The translations under genes were made by a program, and so were the position numbers. A DNA stretch of 64,000 nucleotides from Malacoraja senta (Eukaryota). Below are positions 26,432 to 38,559 of the stretch, in pieces. The stretch is from NCBI GenBank assembly GCA_038087875.1, contig CM075981.1:66650001-66714000 (forward strand), given 5' to 3'. The notes under the pieces are model-generated. The model worked only from the letters and a program-made list of their open reading frames with translations. It searched no databases and was not told the origin of the DNA. Numbering within the stretch: position 1 is the first letter of the stretch; each line of letters starts with the position of its first letter.

Positions 26432-28205
26432 TACATTCTACATAGATTTATCTCAGATCTAAACAGAGCGACGCAATATTTGCACACCCTCCTTGCACAA
26501 GTAAGTTTCTCCTTCATGAATGAATCTAGAAGTATTTGTGAAGGGACTACCGGGGAATGATTGGAAATTCATTGATGCGGATACTGATGCAAGCATGCTC
26601 AATCCAATATGCGCAAGGAAAGATGAAATATGGTGTGGGATTACAGTCCAACCACTGAGAAGGTCCCAGCACCTCCCAATACATGGAAACGTCACTGGAA
26701 TTAAATAATTTAAGGTTTAATTTAAATATCTATCCAAAATCTTTGATTATAGCTACTTTGGACAATTACTTGCGTTGGCTCTCGCCGTGAACAAGGGTTG
26801 AGCTGCAACATTACCAGCAGGCACTTCACACTACCCTTGGCCATCCCTCACTCACCCTCTCAGCGGGCTTTCGCCGTGTGCGTCGTAGCCTTTGACCGAT
26901 CGGAACTTTTCCTCGAAACTAACACAATATCGGGCTGAATTTAGCGCCGACAGCACAAGAAAGTTCACCGGGCCCCTTTCAAACTTTCCACCCAGCCGAA
27001 ACTCCTTGAGCAACAGAACCCAAGTCTTCAGATCAGACAAAACGCGCAAAAGTCCATATTTACCGAGGTAAATGGGCGCAAGGAGTGTTCTCAAGGTGCC
27101 GAGATTCGACACCACTAAGCCCTTGGTAAAATAAAGTCTGCCTGCGGGATGGCATGTTCGATCATGCACTTACGTGCGCGTTGACAATGTGTACCATCCG
27201 CCCCGAGATGATCAATGTAGACTCAGTGGAATCCACGCTGTCTCGATAAATGCGGAATGGAGAAGCCCTTTTGCTTAATGCTTTGCCTCTCGGGGACATT
27301 GATCTTCAGACCGCCTCAACCTGTTGTATGGGAGAGGCTACTAATGGAATCCGGGCTGTTCCCTTCTGCACGCTTCAGTGAAACCGCGCCCTACATTTGC
27401 ACATGATATCGCCTCAATTGGCGACCCAGCGCAATTCCTTTCTGTGTTTGCGCCCCGGTGTCTTTTAGGGAGCCAATTTCACGCGACCTCGCCTTTCCTT
27501 TCTCGGTTCCCTGGGCTATCACAGCTGGGGTGAGTGGGCATTTAACACGCATTTAGCCATAGAATATTGGCTTGCTTTGGATGAACCAACTACTTCACAG
27601 AAGAGCGAGCTACCCGGCTGGATTTAATCAGCGATCGCAAATATGCTAGGCATGGCTCAACACACGCCCTCTACACAGAGACACATTTACACACACCGGA
27701 CCCTGCCCCCCCCCGTCCTTTAGTCCAAAGCCCCGCTACTTGAGGGGGACCCACCTTGCTCTCAAACACCCTTGATGCAAAGAAATGCATTTAAAACATA
27801 TTACCGAGACATTCCTCGCTCGCAAACACATCACCGGGTACCCGTGGTATAGCGGAGCCCGACATTCCACGACACCACCATTTCCATCTACTAGAATAAG
27901 CGTGGGTGTCTATCCGGATGACCCTGCGCTGATTCACGCCATCACGCGCGAATTCGTGTATATTGTTTGGAAGACAGAAACATTAGGAATCCATCACAAC
28001 CCACCTCCCCGTTCTTGCTACAGTCGGTGCGCCAGTTTAAAGCGGACTCGCGGCCCGGAAGGCAAGGAATTCAGATGCACGCACCGTCGGGAGCAACAGG
28101 AGGGATTGGGAAACTTACAAGAGGTTGAGATTTTAACCCGCAAAAATCCCCCTTAGTTTTACATCAATGAAATAAAGGGATGATTGGCGGGTTAACACGT
28201 TTGAT

Positions 28206-28222
28206 CTGTCCATGGTACTGAA
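28206..28222 (-). promoter_or_regulatory. REST/NRSF binding site (RE1/NRSE)
   Basis: Minus strand TTCAGTACCATGGACAG, 16/17 identical to TTCAGCACCATGGACAG with the correct 2-nt spacer. Not within a repeat; inside the CpG-rich domain. Confidence 0.7.
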
Positions 28223-29111
28223 TTATAATTCAAAATATGAGCCATCACGATGGTGAGCATTACGGCTCGGGTTTACTACAGGGCAGGGAGGGGGCGATGA
28301 GTAAAGATACGACTCACAAGGAATTGGTGAAAAATAAACGAATCAACAGCTAAAGAACAGTCGCTGTACAAAATTAATGGCACATAGCACAGAAAGATAA
28401 TAAGACGTCTGAACTCGCTCTTTGTAAACGCCATTCAATTAGTTCAATTCTCCTCTCTTTTATCATAGACCTGCAGTTGTTCCCCCTCAATTATTTATCC
28501 TCTGTTGACAATACTCTGGACCTGCACCATCCGCCCTTACAGTAGCGCATTGAGATTAGAGCAGGTAAGCAAGTCCAAACTCCACCATCGTCAACCCCGC
28601 TCCTTCTTGTCGGTTTGGTTTCCGACCCTACCGCCATTGGAAATTGTTGCCTTTTATATTTTCTAATTAAAGCCCTTCACTACATCCGCAGACAGCCCCG
28701 AATATACCCCTCGATTCCCTGCGTACATACACGAAATATAAGGGAACACTTCCAAGTGTAACTTGGCTAAAGTTGGCAGGTGGACTTGGATTACAGAGCA
28801 CACCTATTTACTGGACTGTCAGAGAGCTTGTAAATACCGGCTGCCTCCTACAGGTAAGAGTTTGCATAGTTTCGGAAGTTACAAAGCGACATGATAGTGC
28901 GAGTGTGGCTGGAACAGTCCCCGGGAGCTCCAGTGCCCTGCAGCCCCGCTCGGAGCTGACCCGCCGACCACCGTTACCCGTTAAAAGGCAATCCTTCCCT
29001 GACCGCATCAACACCCTTCCTTCCCCATCAACACCCTTCTTTATCTGCAGTTTCGGACATGACCCAAGTCATCTCACCCTACGTCTTTCCCTTCACTGCG
29101 GGACGATTTAC

Positions 29112-30125
29112 CTTGCAAGCTGCGCGTTGCTCGACCTTAGCCCAGACCCGAGCAGTTCTAACAGGAGCGGGGCTGATCGCGCCCTTTTAAAGGCGGATCC
29201 TTTCAAATCGCAGAGTGAACACATCAGCCCTTTTACGCCCTCGTACCGCCGATCCCCGGCCCATGTCAAACTGAATTCGGAGGCAGAGACTAGGACTGGA
29301 TAAGTGCCGATTAGCGCAGTACCTGGGCTGGATTTCATTGATCCCAGTCGACTTTCCTCTCTCTCCTCTCTTCCACACGCTCTCTTTCCCACGCCCTCGG
29401 CGTGAAGTTTCGTCAAATAATTATTCAATTCCGTTTAAGATGCTCGATTGATTTTCGCGCATTATTCAAATGCTTGTGACGCCGAGACATGCACCTTATC
29501 GGATTGAGGGAGAGCCCGAGGGTGTCTGTCTGTCTGTCTGTCTGTTGGCTGGTCCTCGGGCGCCGGGTTGCTGGGCATGCGTGCCCACCTGCTCCCTCCG
29601 CCCGCTCGCTAACTCCTTCTCCCGTCACCAGTGTTCAGGGTTGGACCGCCAGGCGCTGTGGGTTTTCATTCTCCGGGTTAGTTCCTCCTCCCCTCCCTCT
29701 CTCTCCTCTTCAGTCTGCCTCTGGGAGTGTTTTTTAAATTTCCACGTTTTAATTATGAAATCTCTTTGGAGTCTCTCAACCGCCCAACCAACCCACCCCA
29801 CCCCACCCCCACTCCCACCACCGCGGGAGGAGCGCTCACCAATTCCCTGAGCACCGACGCCCCTTAAATCTCCCGAGTGCCAGCCAGTCCCCGCAGGAGC
29901 GAACACATGGCGAATTGTCACAGCAGGTAGCAGCTCTGAGATTTTATCAACCGGCTGATCAGATCTGTTGCCGTTCGATGTCCATCTCGCCTCCTGCAAG
30001 ATTCCTCACGTCCCACGTCGCTTCCTCCCACGGAAAGGCTAACACGGTTCTCTTATCTCCCTGCAAAATCTCGTCGCACGCCAGCCTCTTCGGACCTGAA
30101 GCTCGCCTCGTCTGTATCCACTGCA

Positions 30126-30192
<67 letters not shown>

Positions 30193-30351
30193 GCCTCAGC
30201 TCAGATACCTCGCATACAAAACAGCGGACTCAATCGACCTTACATCAAGATAAATAGGAGAGAAAGTACACAGGCTAGCGTTAGATACTAACAAGCTAGC
30301 GCAGGCGAGCGAGTGCGTCTGCTCAACAGAGCAGGCGTAAATCTAAATATA
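29112..30351 (-). promoter_or_regulatory. Candidate promoter and non-coding first exon(s) of an unidentified minus-strand gene
   Basis: TATA-like TATATTTA (30344-30351) and a purine-rich leader with (GA)32. Short uORFs at 29959-29985 and 29864-29908. Donors TTG|GTGAGC (29840) and AAG|GTAAAT (29112). Peak CpG density. Strand and exon limits are inferred. Confidence 0.45.
30128..30191. repeat. (CT)32/(GA)32 microsatellite
   Basis: Perfect 64-bp dinucleotide run. Confidence 0.97.
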
Positions 30352-31051
30352 CCACAGGAAAGCAATTTTAATTAAACAAGTAAAGCATTACCACTTAAAT
30401 TATCAACGCTGCCATGAGGCCATGCTAGTGAAATACGGCAAAAGTAGGAAACGCCGTACATAAGTGGCAAAAACCTAGTGTTAAAATAAGTGTCATATTT
30501 TAGGGAATCTGTGTGAAAGTTCACTAAAACCTTTCATCGCAGCATTTCACCCGTGTTAAACTACAACACTTAGACCGCATTTTAAGACTTCCAAAAATCT
30601 CTTTGCTCCACCACTGCCAACACATACTCAGTCCCTCTGACTGAAAGGGGGATCTTCGGTAACAGTGTACCAGTAGGCCATGACATTTACTTTGAACCCC
30701 AGCCCCAAACTTCCGAATATTGGCGACGCTGTATGGGCCCGTGAGTGAAGTGAAGGCACTTGCCAGGTGTCCCGGGAGTGGCCTTCACGACGGGCTTCTG
30801 TCAACTTGGTCGCCAATGAAGGCATTAGATTATGTGCCTCCGTAAATATAACCTGCCCGGCTCCTCCATTAAGTACAAGTGCACTGCAGTAAATAACTTT
30901 AATTTTGAACTGTGTTCTCTCAGTGTCACTTTCATCAACCGGTGCCCCTAATTTACCAGAGGTCCTTGTGTCTAAACGGTGCTCCTTCCCCCTAATCTTT
31001 TCAAGAAACGTGTAGCAGGAGGAAACTCAAACAAAACAGACAAGCAACGGG

Positions 31052-31503
31052 GTTGGCGGGGCTGTCATATGAGGAAAGATTCGAAAGACTGGACTTGTAT
31101 TCACTGGAATTTAGAAGGATGAGAGGATATCTTATAGAAACGTATACAATTATAAAAGGACTGGACAAGCTAGATGCAGGTAAAATGTTCCGAATGTTGG
31201 CGGAGTCCAGAACCAGGGGGCCACTGTCTAAGAATAAAGTGGAGGCCATTTAAAACCGAGATGAGAAAAAACTTTTTACCGGAGAGTTATGAATTTGTGG
31301 AATTCTCGGCAGTAAAGGCCAATTCACTGGATGAATTTAATAGAGAGTTAGATAGAACTCTAGGGGCTAGCGGAATCAAGGGATAAGGGGAGAAGGCAGG
31401 CACGGGGTACTGATTGCGGATGATCAGCCATGATCACTATGAATGGCGGTGCTGGCTCGGTGGGCCAAATGGTCTCCTCCTGCACCTATTGTCTATGTTT
31501 CTA
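31052..31503 (+). mobile_element. CR1 LINE 3' fragment
   Basis: AGLSYEERFERLDLYSLEFRRMRGYLIETYTIIKGLDKLDAGKMF, with tail ending GTCTATGTTTCTA. Confidence 0.88.
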
Positions 31504-34500
31504 ATTGGAACAGGTATAAACAGCCCGCCCGTCCCTACACACAGCCCACCTTCCTGTTCCATTGCACCCACCTGAAACGCTGGCCCTTCAAAGCTTTCCA
31601 CGAGAGGGCAAATACATGTAAAGGGGCGGAGACAGGGGAGAGTAAGTTAAGTGGTGGAGGGAGAGGGGGGAAGCTGGCCTTTCGACACTCCGCTTTTTGA
31701 TGGTCTTCGCAAACCGCAACTGCCTTCAATCTAATTTCATCCGATTTGAGAGTTGCGTTCTGGTTATGAACCGCGCAGGTCGTTTCACCGCCTCCAGCAA
31801 ATACAAACAAGGGCTGACGGCCGCCTGGGTAGGGTTGGCTCCCGATGTCCGCGCAACAGAGGTTGCAAACTTGCAATAAACACACGCACACACACTCTCC
31901 TGCACCCACAGCGGGCATGAGCTTCACACTGTGCCCTACAATTATCACACGATAAAAAGGGTTCTATTTTGCTGGGCATAATTAGCGCCTTGCTGATAAT
32001 TTGGTGATTAGAAGACGCCCCTCTTGCCTCCTGGAGTTCCACTGACGACCGCACTTGGCGGCTCCGCGCGTCTCTAATGCGGGACACCGGTCTCACTCCG
32101 CGGCGTCTCACGGTCCGGAGACACCAGGGTCCTAACGCCCATCAGAGCAACAGATAACCGAGGGAGCGCAAAACCTTTCAAGAAAGCCCCGTTACGAAAC
32201 ACATTACAGCTCTGAGCTGCGGTTAGCCTTGGACAATGCAACGCCATGATTGTAATAAGGCACCGTCCAGTTTAACGGGTTATCAACGGGACTGCGGCAA
32301 CCTGTGGCACTGGACAGGTGCCTATACACGAGGTTCTTGGTTCTTGGTTTCTTGGTCCTCCAAAATATTCCAAATGGAATTTAAACTGGAGGTGGTGGAG
32401 GGAGGACTTAAGCCCGAAAGGGTTTTGGGGAAGAAAGAGCTACCTTAAATTTAGTTGCATCTGGTTGGGTAACTAAAGTAGGGTGGAGATTATTCCATGC
32501 TTTAATTGTGCGGGGGAAGGATGAATGTGTTCCCGGGACACCGGCAGGGGACACAACCCACAACCTTCCCTCGGAACTCAGACTGAGAAGCCAACTGGGC
32601 CATAAACATGCGGGACAGAGGGTTTAAGGAGGGGGAGGGGGAGAGAAGATGGGGGAAGTTACGCGCGATAAGCAGGTGTCAGTTTGGTTGGGAGACTCTT
32701 CAACGGCACTCGCTCCGCACGGGGACAGAAAGTTGGTACTTTTCAGGTCGAGTGCGCCTCGTGTGTGAGCCCGAAGCCGAGTGCGGATTGTTGCAGCACT
32801 AGTGTACTCTTTAACTATTGCTAAAGAATCGGGAGCGCACACGAGGCAAAGCGGAAAGCGCTTCCCAATCCGCGCTGAGCTAGGCCAACACGCTAGGGAG
32901 CTGTCCGGCCCGGCGGTGCTGAAATGTCCGGAGATTAACCCGCCAGCGCCCCTTATACAGTATTAGCCAGAGTCCGCTTAAGACTTGGGTGTGTTGTTAT
33001 GGGATAGCGGGGTTGGAATTAGAGATGGATCTGCTAAATATCCACCTTCCACCTCTCCCATCCACTCTAACGCCTGCTTTAAGCTCACATTCCACACTTG
33101 CTACTTACAGCCGGCTCACTCACCCGCTGGACGGCTGCCGGCTCTCCACTTCGGAAGTGCCTGTGTCTCGCATATTTTCTCAAAAAAGGTCTAGTTTCAA
33201 CCCAACTCGCCCAGAAATCCAGGGCCGGGAACGGCCTGAAAGGCGGCTGCTCCTCGCTGCGCTCCGGCCCTGCGTCAAGCGGAGATTCCACAGATGATTA
33301 AAATGGGCAGTGATTGATTTGCGCCGAGACTGAGGCGGTTGTGCTTGAAACGTGGCGAACCTGGGCGAGAGACTAAGCGCCCTTTATCAACCGTGCGCTC
33401 TATTCGTCTGGTGAACGGAGGGGAAAAACACATTTAGCATCAAGTTCCCAATGTCGCCCAGTAAAAACAAACGGGGAACGACCGGAGACGTGAGAGAAAG
33501 GATATCGTCCGGAATGTTGACGGGAAAAAAAGGTGAGGCTATGCCAGGTAATCGGCTTATTAATAATGTCAGCCCTCACACGGGTTTAAGGAAACAAAGA
33601 ACACGTAATGTGATCACTCTCATACAACGAACCGCTTGTTAGATTGCATTACTTTCCAATTCCAGGCTGCCCGCAATAAATTGGGCTGCGCCGCGACCGA
33701 TTCCCTTCAATGGATTGTGGTGTTTAAACAAGTCGCGCAGAGGCGAAGCCCCGTATTAATAATTCAAAATGTTTGAAAAAAAAAAAAAGATTGGGAGTAT
33801 GCAGCAGCGACATTAACTGGGAACACAAAGGCGACCAGGTCGGGCTTGGAACCCGTTAGTTACAATTCAGCAGAGATTGACAGCAAGCTGAATGCATAAG
33901 TGGGCAGAACGCCCCCCGCTGCTTTGCATTCTGAGCGTTGCCGACAATCTGCAGACGGAATCACACTGCCTGAGATTTAAGGCACCCATCGCATTTACCA
34001 GTGCGATTGCACATCTTTATCTGCGTCCGAGAGCACATTCTCATGTCAACACCTGCAACCATAAGCACACACGGATTTAATATATAAGCAGTCCTTTGCT
34101 GCGTCTTGCCTTTCATGCTAATTTCACACAGGTCCCATTGGCGGGCCTATCCGTTTATTTTTCTCCCCAAAAGTTAAAACTCTACCTTTGCTTAACCCAT
34201 AACTGCTTCGAATGGATTGTTAGCATAATCATATAAATTCTATGAGCAGCTTAGATGGTTTACTAAATGATGTCATATTCAGCCGCAAATTGGTCGATCC
34301 GCCTCTTCCCCTTTAAAGGCGCGAATTGTTTGAACATGCAGCGGTAATATAGTCTAAAAAAGGGGGCGGGTTAGAAACGATAACATGATCGTGATGGAGT
34401 TTTTAAATATTACTGCTGGTGCTGGAATATGCGACCAAGTCCAAGCGCCACTTTGATCTGTGTTTACACAAATCCAGTGCAAATCTCCAAGCGTGCCTGC

Positions 34501-34589
34501 CCCACAATGGAAAATTCTGCCCAGTGGGAATGTTCTGGGTGTTCTGAATGAACAGTGGGATTTTCAATTATCCAGTTGCTCTCACAGCT

Positions 34590-34930
34590 CAGGATACCTT
34601 AACGTACTTTACAGACAACTACGTAATTGTACAATATGGTCACTGTTGCAATAAAATATGGTCACTGTTGCACAGCAAGTTTCCAGCCACCACAATGACT
34701 AGATAGTCTGATTTTTTTATCGAAGGATAAATATTTGCCAGAAATTACCGTGTGACTATTGACTGCTACCCGAGGGACGAGAAAGGATAATTGTTTAACA
34801 CCTCCTCCAAAATAATACGACATTACCGTACCTCAGTACAGCACTGCTGGAATAGAGTGGATACTGAAGATTAAGCAGCAACAGTGGGATTTGAACCCAC
34901 AAGCTTTCAGTACTTAAACTGTTTGCAGAA
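34590..34930 (-). mobile_element. Deu-domain SINE remnant
   Basis: GGTCACTGTTGCA (tandemly duplicated), CCTCAGTACAGCACTG and reverse B-box-like GGGATTTGAACCC. Confidence 0.45.
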
Positions 34931-35507
34931 ATGATTCTGACGTTCTCACTCTGCCTGTAATGTCTAGCACTGCCACAAGGCTTTAGAATGGGCCTTGTGA
35001 ATAATGGGCACATAATGATCAATAATAAGGTTTAATGGGATACCAGCTGCTGATATTGTACTATGCTGAAGATGACAGAATTTGCTTTTGCTCTGTTATT
35101 GCAACAGTGCACCTAAATAGAGAATGGGTGAGGTTCCTTTGTTTTACATAATGATGTACAGAAACTCATTGTCATTGTTAGAAAACAGATTTATATCATG
35201 TGACTGGTACGATCTTGTATTTTGTACAATGCATTTTGTACGATCAGAATTTTTTTTTAAGCACAGGTAAATCAAGTTACCAAAGAAGATCACAGCCTTC
35301 TTTATAGCTTTGGGCATTTTGTCTTGTGATTTACAATTCTGGAACAAAACAGTTTTTTTTTTTAATAAGAGAGGATCTTACCATAAGGTACTCCGTGTAA
35401 CCATAGACACTTTGTTAAATGTTCACAAATTACCTGATCCTGCCTTTGGCTACATTTATATTATTGAAAATTCTGTGCGCGGGTCATTGCATGGGATGAG
35501 ATGTCGA

Positions 35508-35939
35508 GTAGGAAGGAACTGCAGATGCTGGTTTAAAACAAAGATAGACATAAAATATTGGAGTAACTCAGGGGAACGGGCAGCATCTCTGGGGAGAAGG
35601 AATGGGTGATGTTTCAGGTCAACTAGTCAGGGGAAAGGGAAATGAGAGATATAGACAGTGATGTGGAGATATAGAACAAATGAATGAAAAATATGCAAAA
35701 AGGTAATGATGATAAAGGAAACAGGCCATTGTTAGGTGTTTGCTTGGTGAATATGGGAACCTGGTATGAATTGGGTGGGGGAGGGATGGAGAGAGAGGGA
35801 GTGCAGGGGTTACTTGAAGTTAGATAAATCCCTATCCCCTAACTAGTCTGAAGATGGGTCTCGACCAGAAACGTCACCGATTCCTTCTTTCCAGAGATGC
35901 TGCCTGTCCCTCTGAATTACTCCAGCATTTTGTGTCTAT
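35508..35939. mobile_element. PLE insertion with inverted terminal segment and TSD
   Basis: Minus-sense PLE end (~35508-35828) joined to a plus-sense copy (~35830-35939). Flanked by CATGGGATGAGATG on both sides. Confidence 0.8.
35848..35875 (+). ncRNA. Minimal hammerhead ribozyme-like motif (core intact)
   Basis: CTGAAGA-TGGGTCTCGACCA-GAAACGTC: both core boxes, palindromic ACGT helix III and a GUC cleavage triplet. Confidence 0.55.
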
Positions 35940-35987
35940 CATGGGATGAGATGCTGGTCTTGCTTCAGTTTGCAGGATGTAGAAAAG

Positions 35988-36724
35988 AGAGCTTCATAAA
36001 CGATATTGCACTTCACATCATACAAAGCTTGTATATAACATCTTATTTATGAACACAAACCACAGGTTCTGTAATTATTTCTGTTGAAAATAACTTAAAT
36101 TCATTCCTAATTTTTTCTAACGTGTCCTTTGATACCTAAAGATTTCATCACAACAACTGATTTTCATTGAAATAACAATTGAGGTAGCATTAAGGGTAGG
36201 AGTACAGAGTGCTTCCAGGAAGGAGGTGCGAAAGCAGTGATTGGGTCAGGATGTGATAGCAGTAGGGAACAAGTCGTGCTTAAGTCTGGATGTCCAAGCT
36301 TTCAAATTGCAATATCTTCTCTCAAAAGGTAGAATAGAGCAAAGGGAATAGCCAGGGTGGCAGGCATCCTAGACAATATTTTCATCCTTCCAGATTCTAC
36401 GCACCATGAAGATGGACTGGATGGAAGGAAGTGATGAGCCTGTGATGGACTAGGCTGTGTTCACCACTCTCTGCAGGTTCAGGCAGTCGAGAGCAGTGAG
36501 ATTGTTATACCAAGCTGAAATACATCTCAATAGAATACTTCACTGTAGAGCTTCATAAACGATATTGCACTTCACATCATACAAAGCTTGTATATAACAT
36601 CTTATTTATGAACAAAAAACACGGGTTCTTTAATCATTTCTGTTGAAGATAACAAATTCATTCCTAATTTTTTCTAACTTGACCTTTGATACCTAAAGAT
36701 TTCATCACAACAGTGATTTTCATT
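35988..36724. repeat. A-B-A local duplication; B is a copy of 38536-38916
   Basis: 35988-36168 matches 36547-36724, and 36169-36546 matches 38536-38916 (direct). Confidence 0.9.
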
Positions 36725-37621
36725 CTAAAAAGAAAACGATCAGTTGATCAAAGTAGTTTGTACTAGATTTCCTCCTGCCTCATTTTAATTCAAGTCTTCG
36801 CGATAGAAAAATTGAAAATCACAGCAAAAAATAAACCAAAGGCATTAATGTTGAGTGAGTTGAATTAGCAAAGGGTTCTGAAAATAAAGTGTAAATTAGA
36901 ATTATTTGGGGGAAAATAAATTAATTTTATAATCAGGGTTTTAAAATAAAATTCTATTTTCCCTTCCGAATCTGTGAAATAACATCAAACAGTTTCACTC
37001 TTTAATTTGTTACAATGGTGTCACATGATCACAGTTGCAAATACCCTCCTGCCTACCTTTCCTACCCACCTCATTGGTGTACGAGTTGTCGAAAAAGAAA
37101 TTGTCTTTTGAATGTACGTATAGCATAGCCACTGATAGCTTTAAATCCTTTTTAACATTTAAGGCCAGTACTTTTTAGTTACGTAAGAAATGACTGACGG
37201 TTTGGTGTTAGTTGAAGGTGTAGAGCCTGAAATTGTCACCACATATTTTTCTGAAGTATAAATAGAAACAAGAAGCTAACCTATTGAAACAAATTCCACC
37301 TAGCAGTATTGTTAACAAGACGTTCAAGGCTCCATATTGCCTGGATGCATCATGTGTGTATCACACATCTGTTCAACATGCACTCATATCACACAATTTT
37401 GAAATTTAATCAACTTGCATCGAAGGAGTTATTAACACATTGACTATTAGTGTATCCTCCCCACAAATCTGACACATACTCAATGTTGACAGAATAAGAA
37501 CAAGGTTGTCATTTGTCCTTTCCCTCTCTTGTAACCTATATAGTCTTCCCCTCTGTTTTCAGCCTTACATAGTTTACCTTCCTTCCTTCTGCCTCCTATG
37601 TTCAATATTTTGAGCATCATA

Positions 37622-38155
37622 AAGTCATAGTCATACAACACGGAAATAGGCCCTTCGGCCCAACTTGTCCATGCCAACCCAGATGCCTCGTTATACCTAG
37701 TCCCATTTGTCTGTATTTGACTTGTATCCCTCTAAATCTTTCCTAGCCATGTACCAAACCAAATCTCTTTTAAATCTTGTTATTGTATGTGCCTCAACTA
37801 CTTCCTCTGGCTGCTCATCCCGTATACCCACCATCCTATCTGAGAAAAAGTTGCTCCTCACTTACTTATTAAATATTTCCCCTTTTACTTTAAATCTATG
37901 GCCTCTTGATTCGCCTACACTGGGAAAAAGACCCTGTGCATTCCCCTTAAGCAGTCCCCTTTTTTTTTGAAATACAGCTCAACAAGATCACCACCAATGA
38001 ATAAAGACCTAGCCTGCCCAATCTTTCCCTATAACTCAGAGACTAAAGTCTTGGCAACATCCTTGTAAACTTTCACTTAATGTCATCTTTTCTACAAAGG
38101 GGTGACCAAACTGAACACAGTACTCCAACTGCAGTCTGACCAAGGTCTTATATAA
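37622..38155 (-). mobile_element. CR1 LINE 3' fragment
   Basis: Reverse CR1 tail GGAAATAGGCCCTTCGGCCCAAC and CCAAACTGAACACAGTACTCCAA (LEYCVQFW). Confidence 0.75.
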
Positions 38156-38431
38156 TCTTCTCCCACATATATATTATGCTCAAATCAGACATGTTCTATT
38201 GCAACTTTTTTTTAAACATTCTTTCTTAGCCATATCAGAATCGATCTGATTATACACATTTATTGTTAAATCCACCAGGATGTAATGGAATTCCTTGCTC
38301 ACCTGAAATAGTACACATACAGTAACGATAAATATAATAATAACTATAACACCGAGTACAAACCAGCACGATGGTGCAAGATTGGGTGGGGGAGAGCAAA
38401 AGATATTAAAGTACAACAAATAGCAATTGAG

Positions 38432-38535
38432 TAGGAAGGAACTGCAGATGCTGGTTTAAACTGAAGATGGACACAAAAAGCTGGAGTAACTCAGTGGGAC
38501 AGGTAGTATCTCTGGAGAGAAGGAATGGGTGACAT
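38432..38535 (-). mobile_element. Short PLE end insertion with TSD
   Basis: Flanked by AAATAGCAATTGAG and AAATAACAATTGAG. Confidence 0.7.
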
Positions 38536-38559
38536 GAAATAACAATTGAGGTAGCGTTA

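Larger units (their letters stand above)
17340..34500. promoter_or_regulatory. Broad CpG-rich (likely unmethylated) domain, densest at ~26.7-34 kb
   Basis: By eye, CG dinucleotides are far more frequent and old repeats sparser than in 1-17 kb or 35-48 kb. Not computed. Confidence 0.65.

Noticed and set aside
26459-27169. Two minus-strand ORFs as host coding exons
   Set aside because: No recognisable domain and no coherent acceptor/donor phase. The lengths are expected by chance in GC-richer DNA.
28840-28860. Recursive splice site (CCTACAG|GTAAGA)
   Set aside because: The pyrimidine tract is short and it lies opposite the inferred host strand; no other support.
28773-29999. Overlapping 100-176 aa ORFs on both strands as a CDS
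   Set aside because: Low-complexity, GC-driven frames typical of CpG islands, with no similarity I can recognise.
30128-30200. (CT)n followed by AG as a plus-strand splice acceptor
   Set aside because: The downstream sequence has early stops and no donor. A microsatellite explains it.
32256-32270. miR-124-like TAAGGCAC (and miR-128-like CACAGTGAAC near 47040)
   Set aside because: Only the seed matches. The mature sequence and precursor hairpin are absent.
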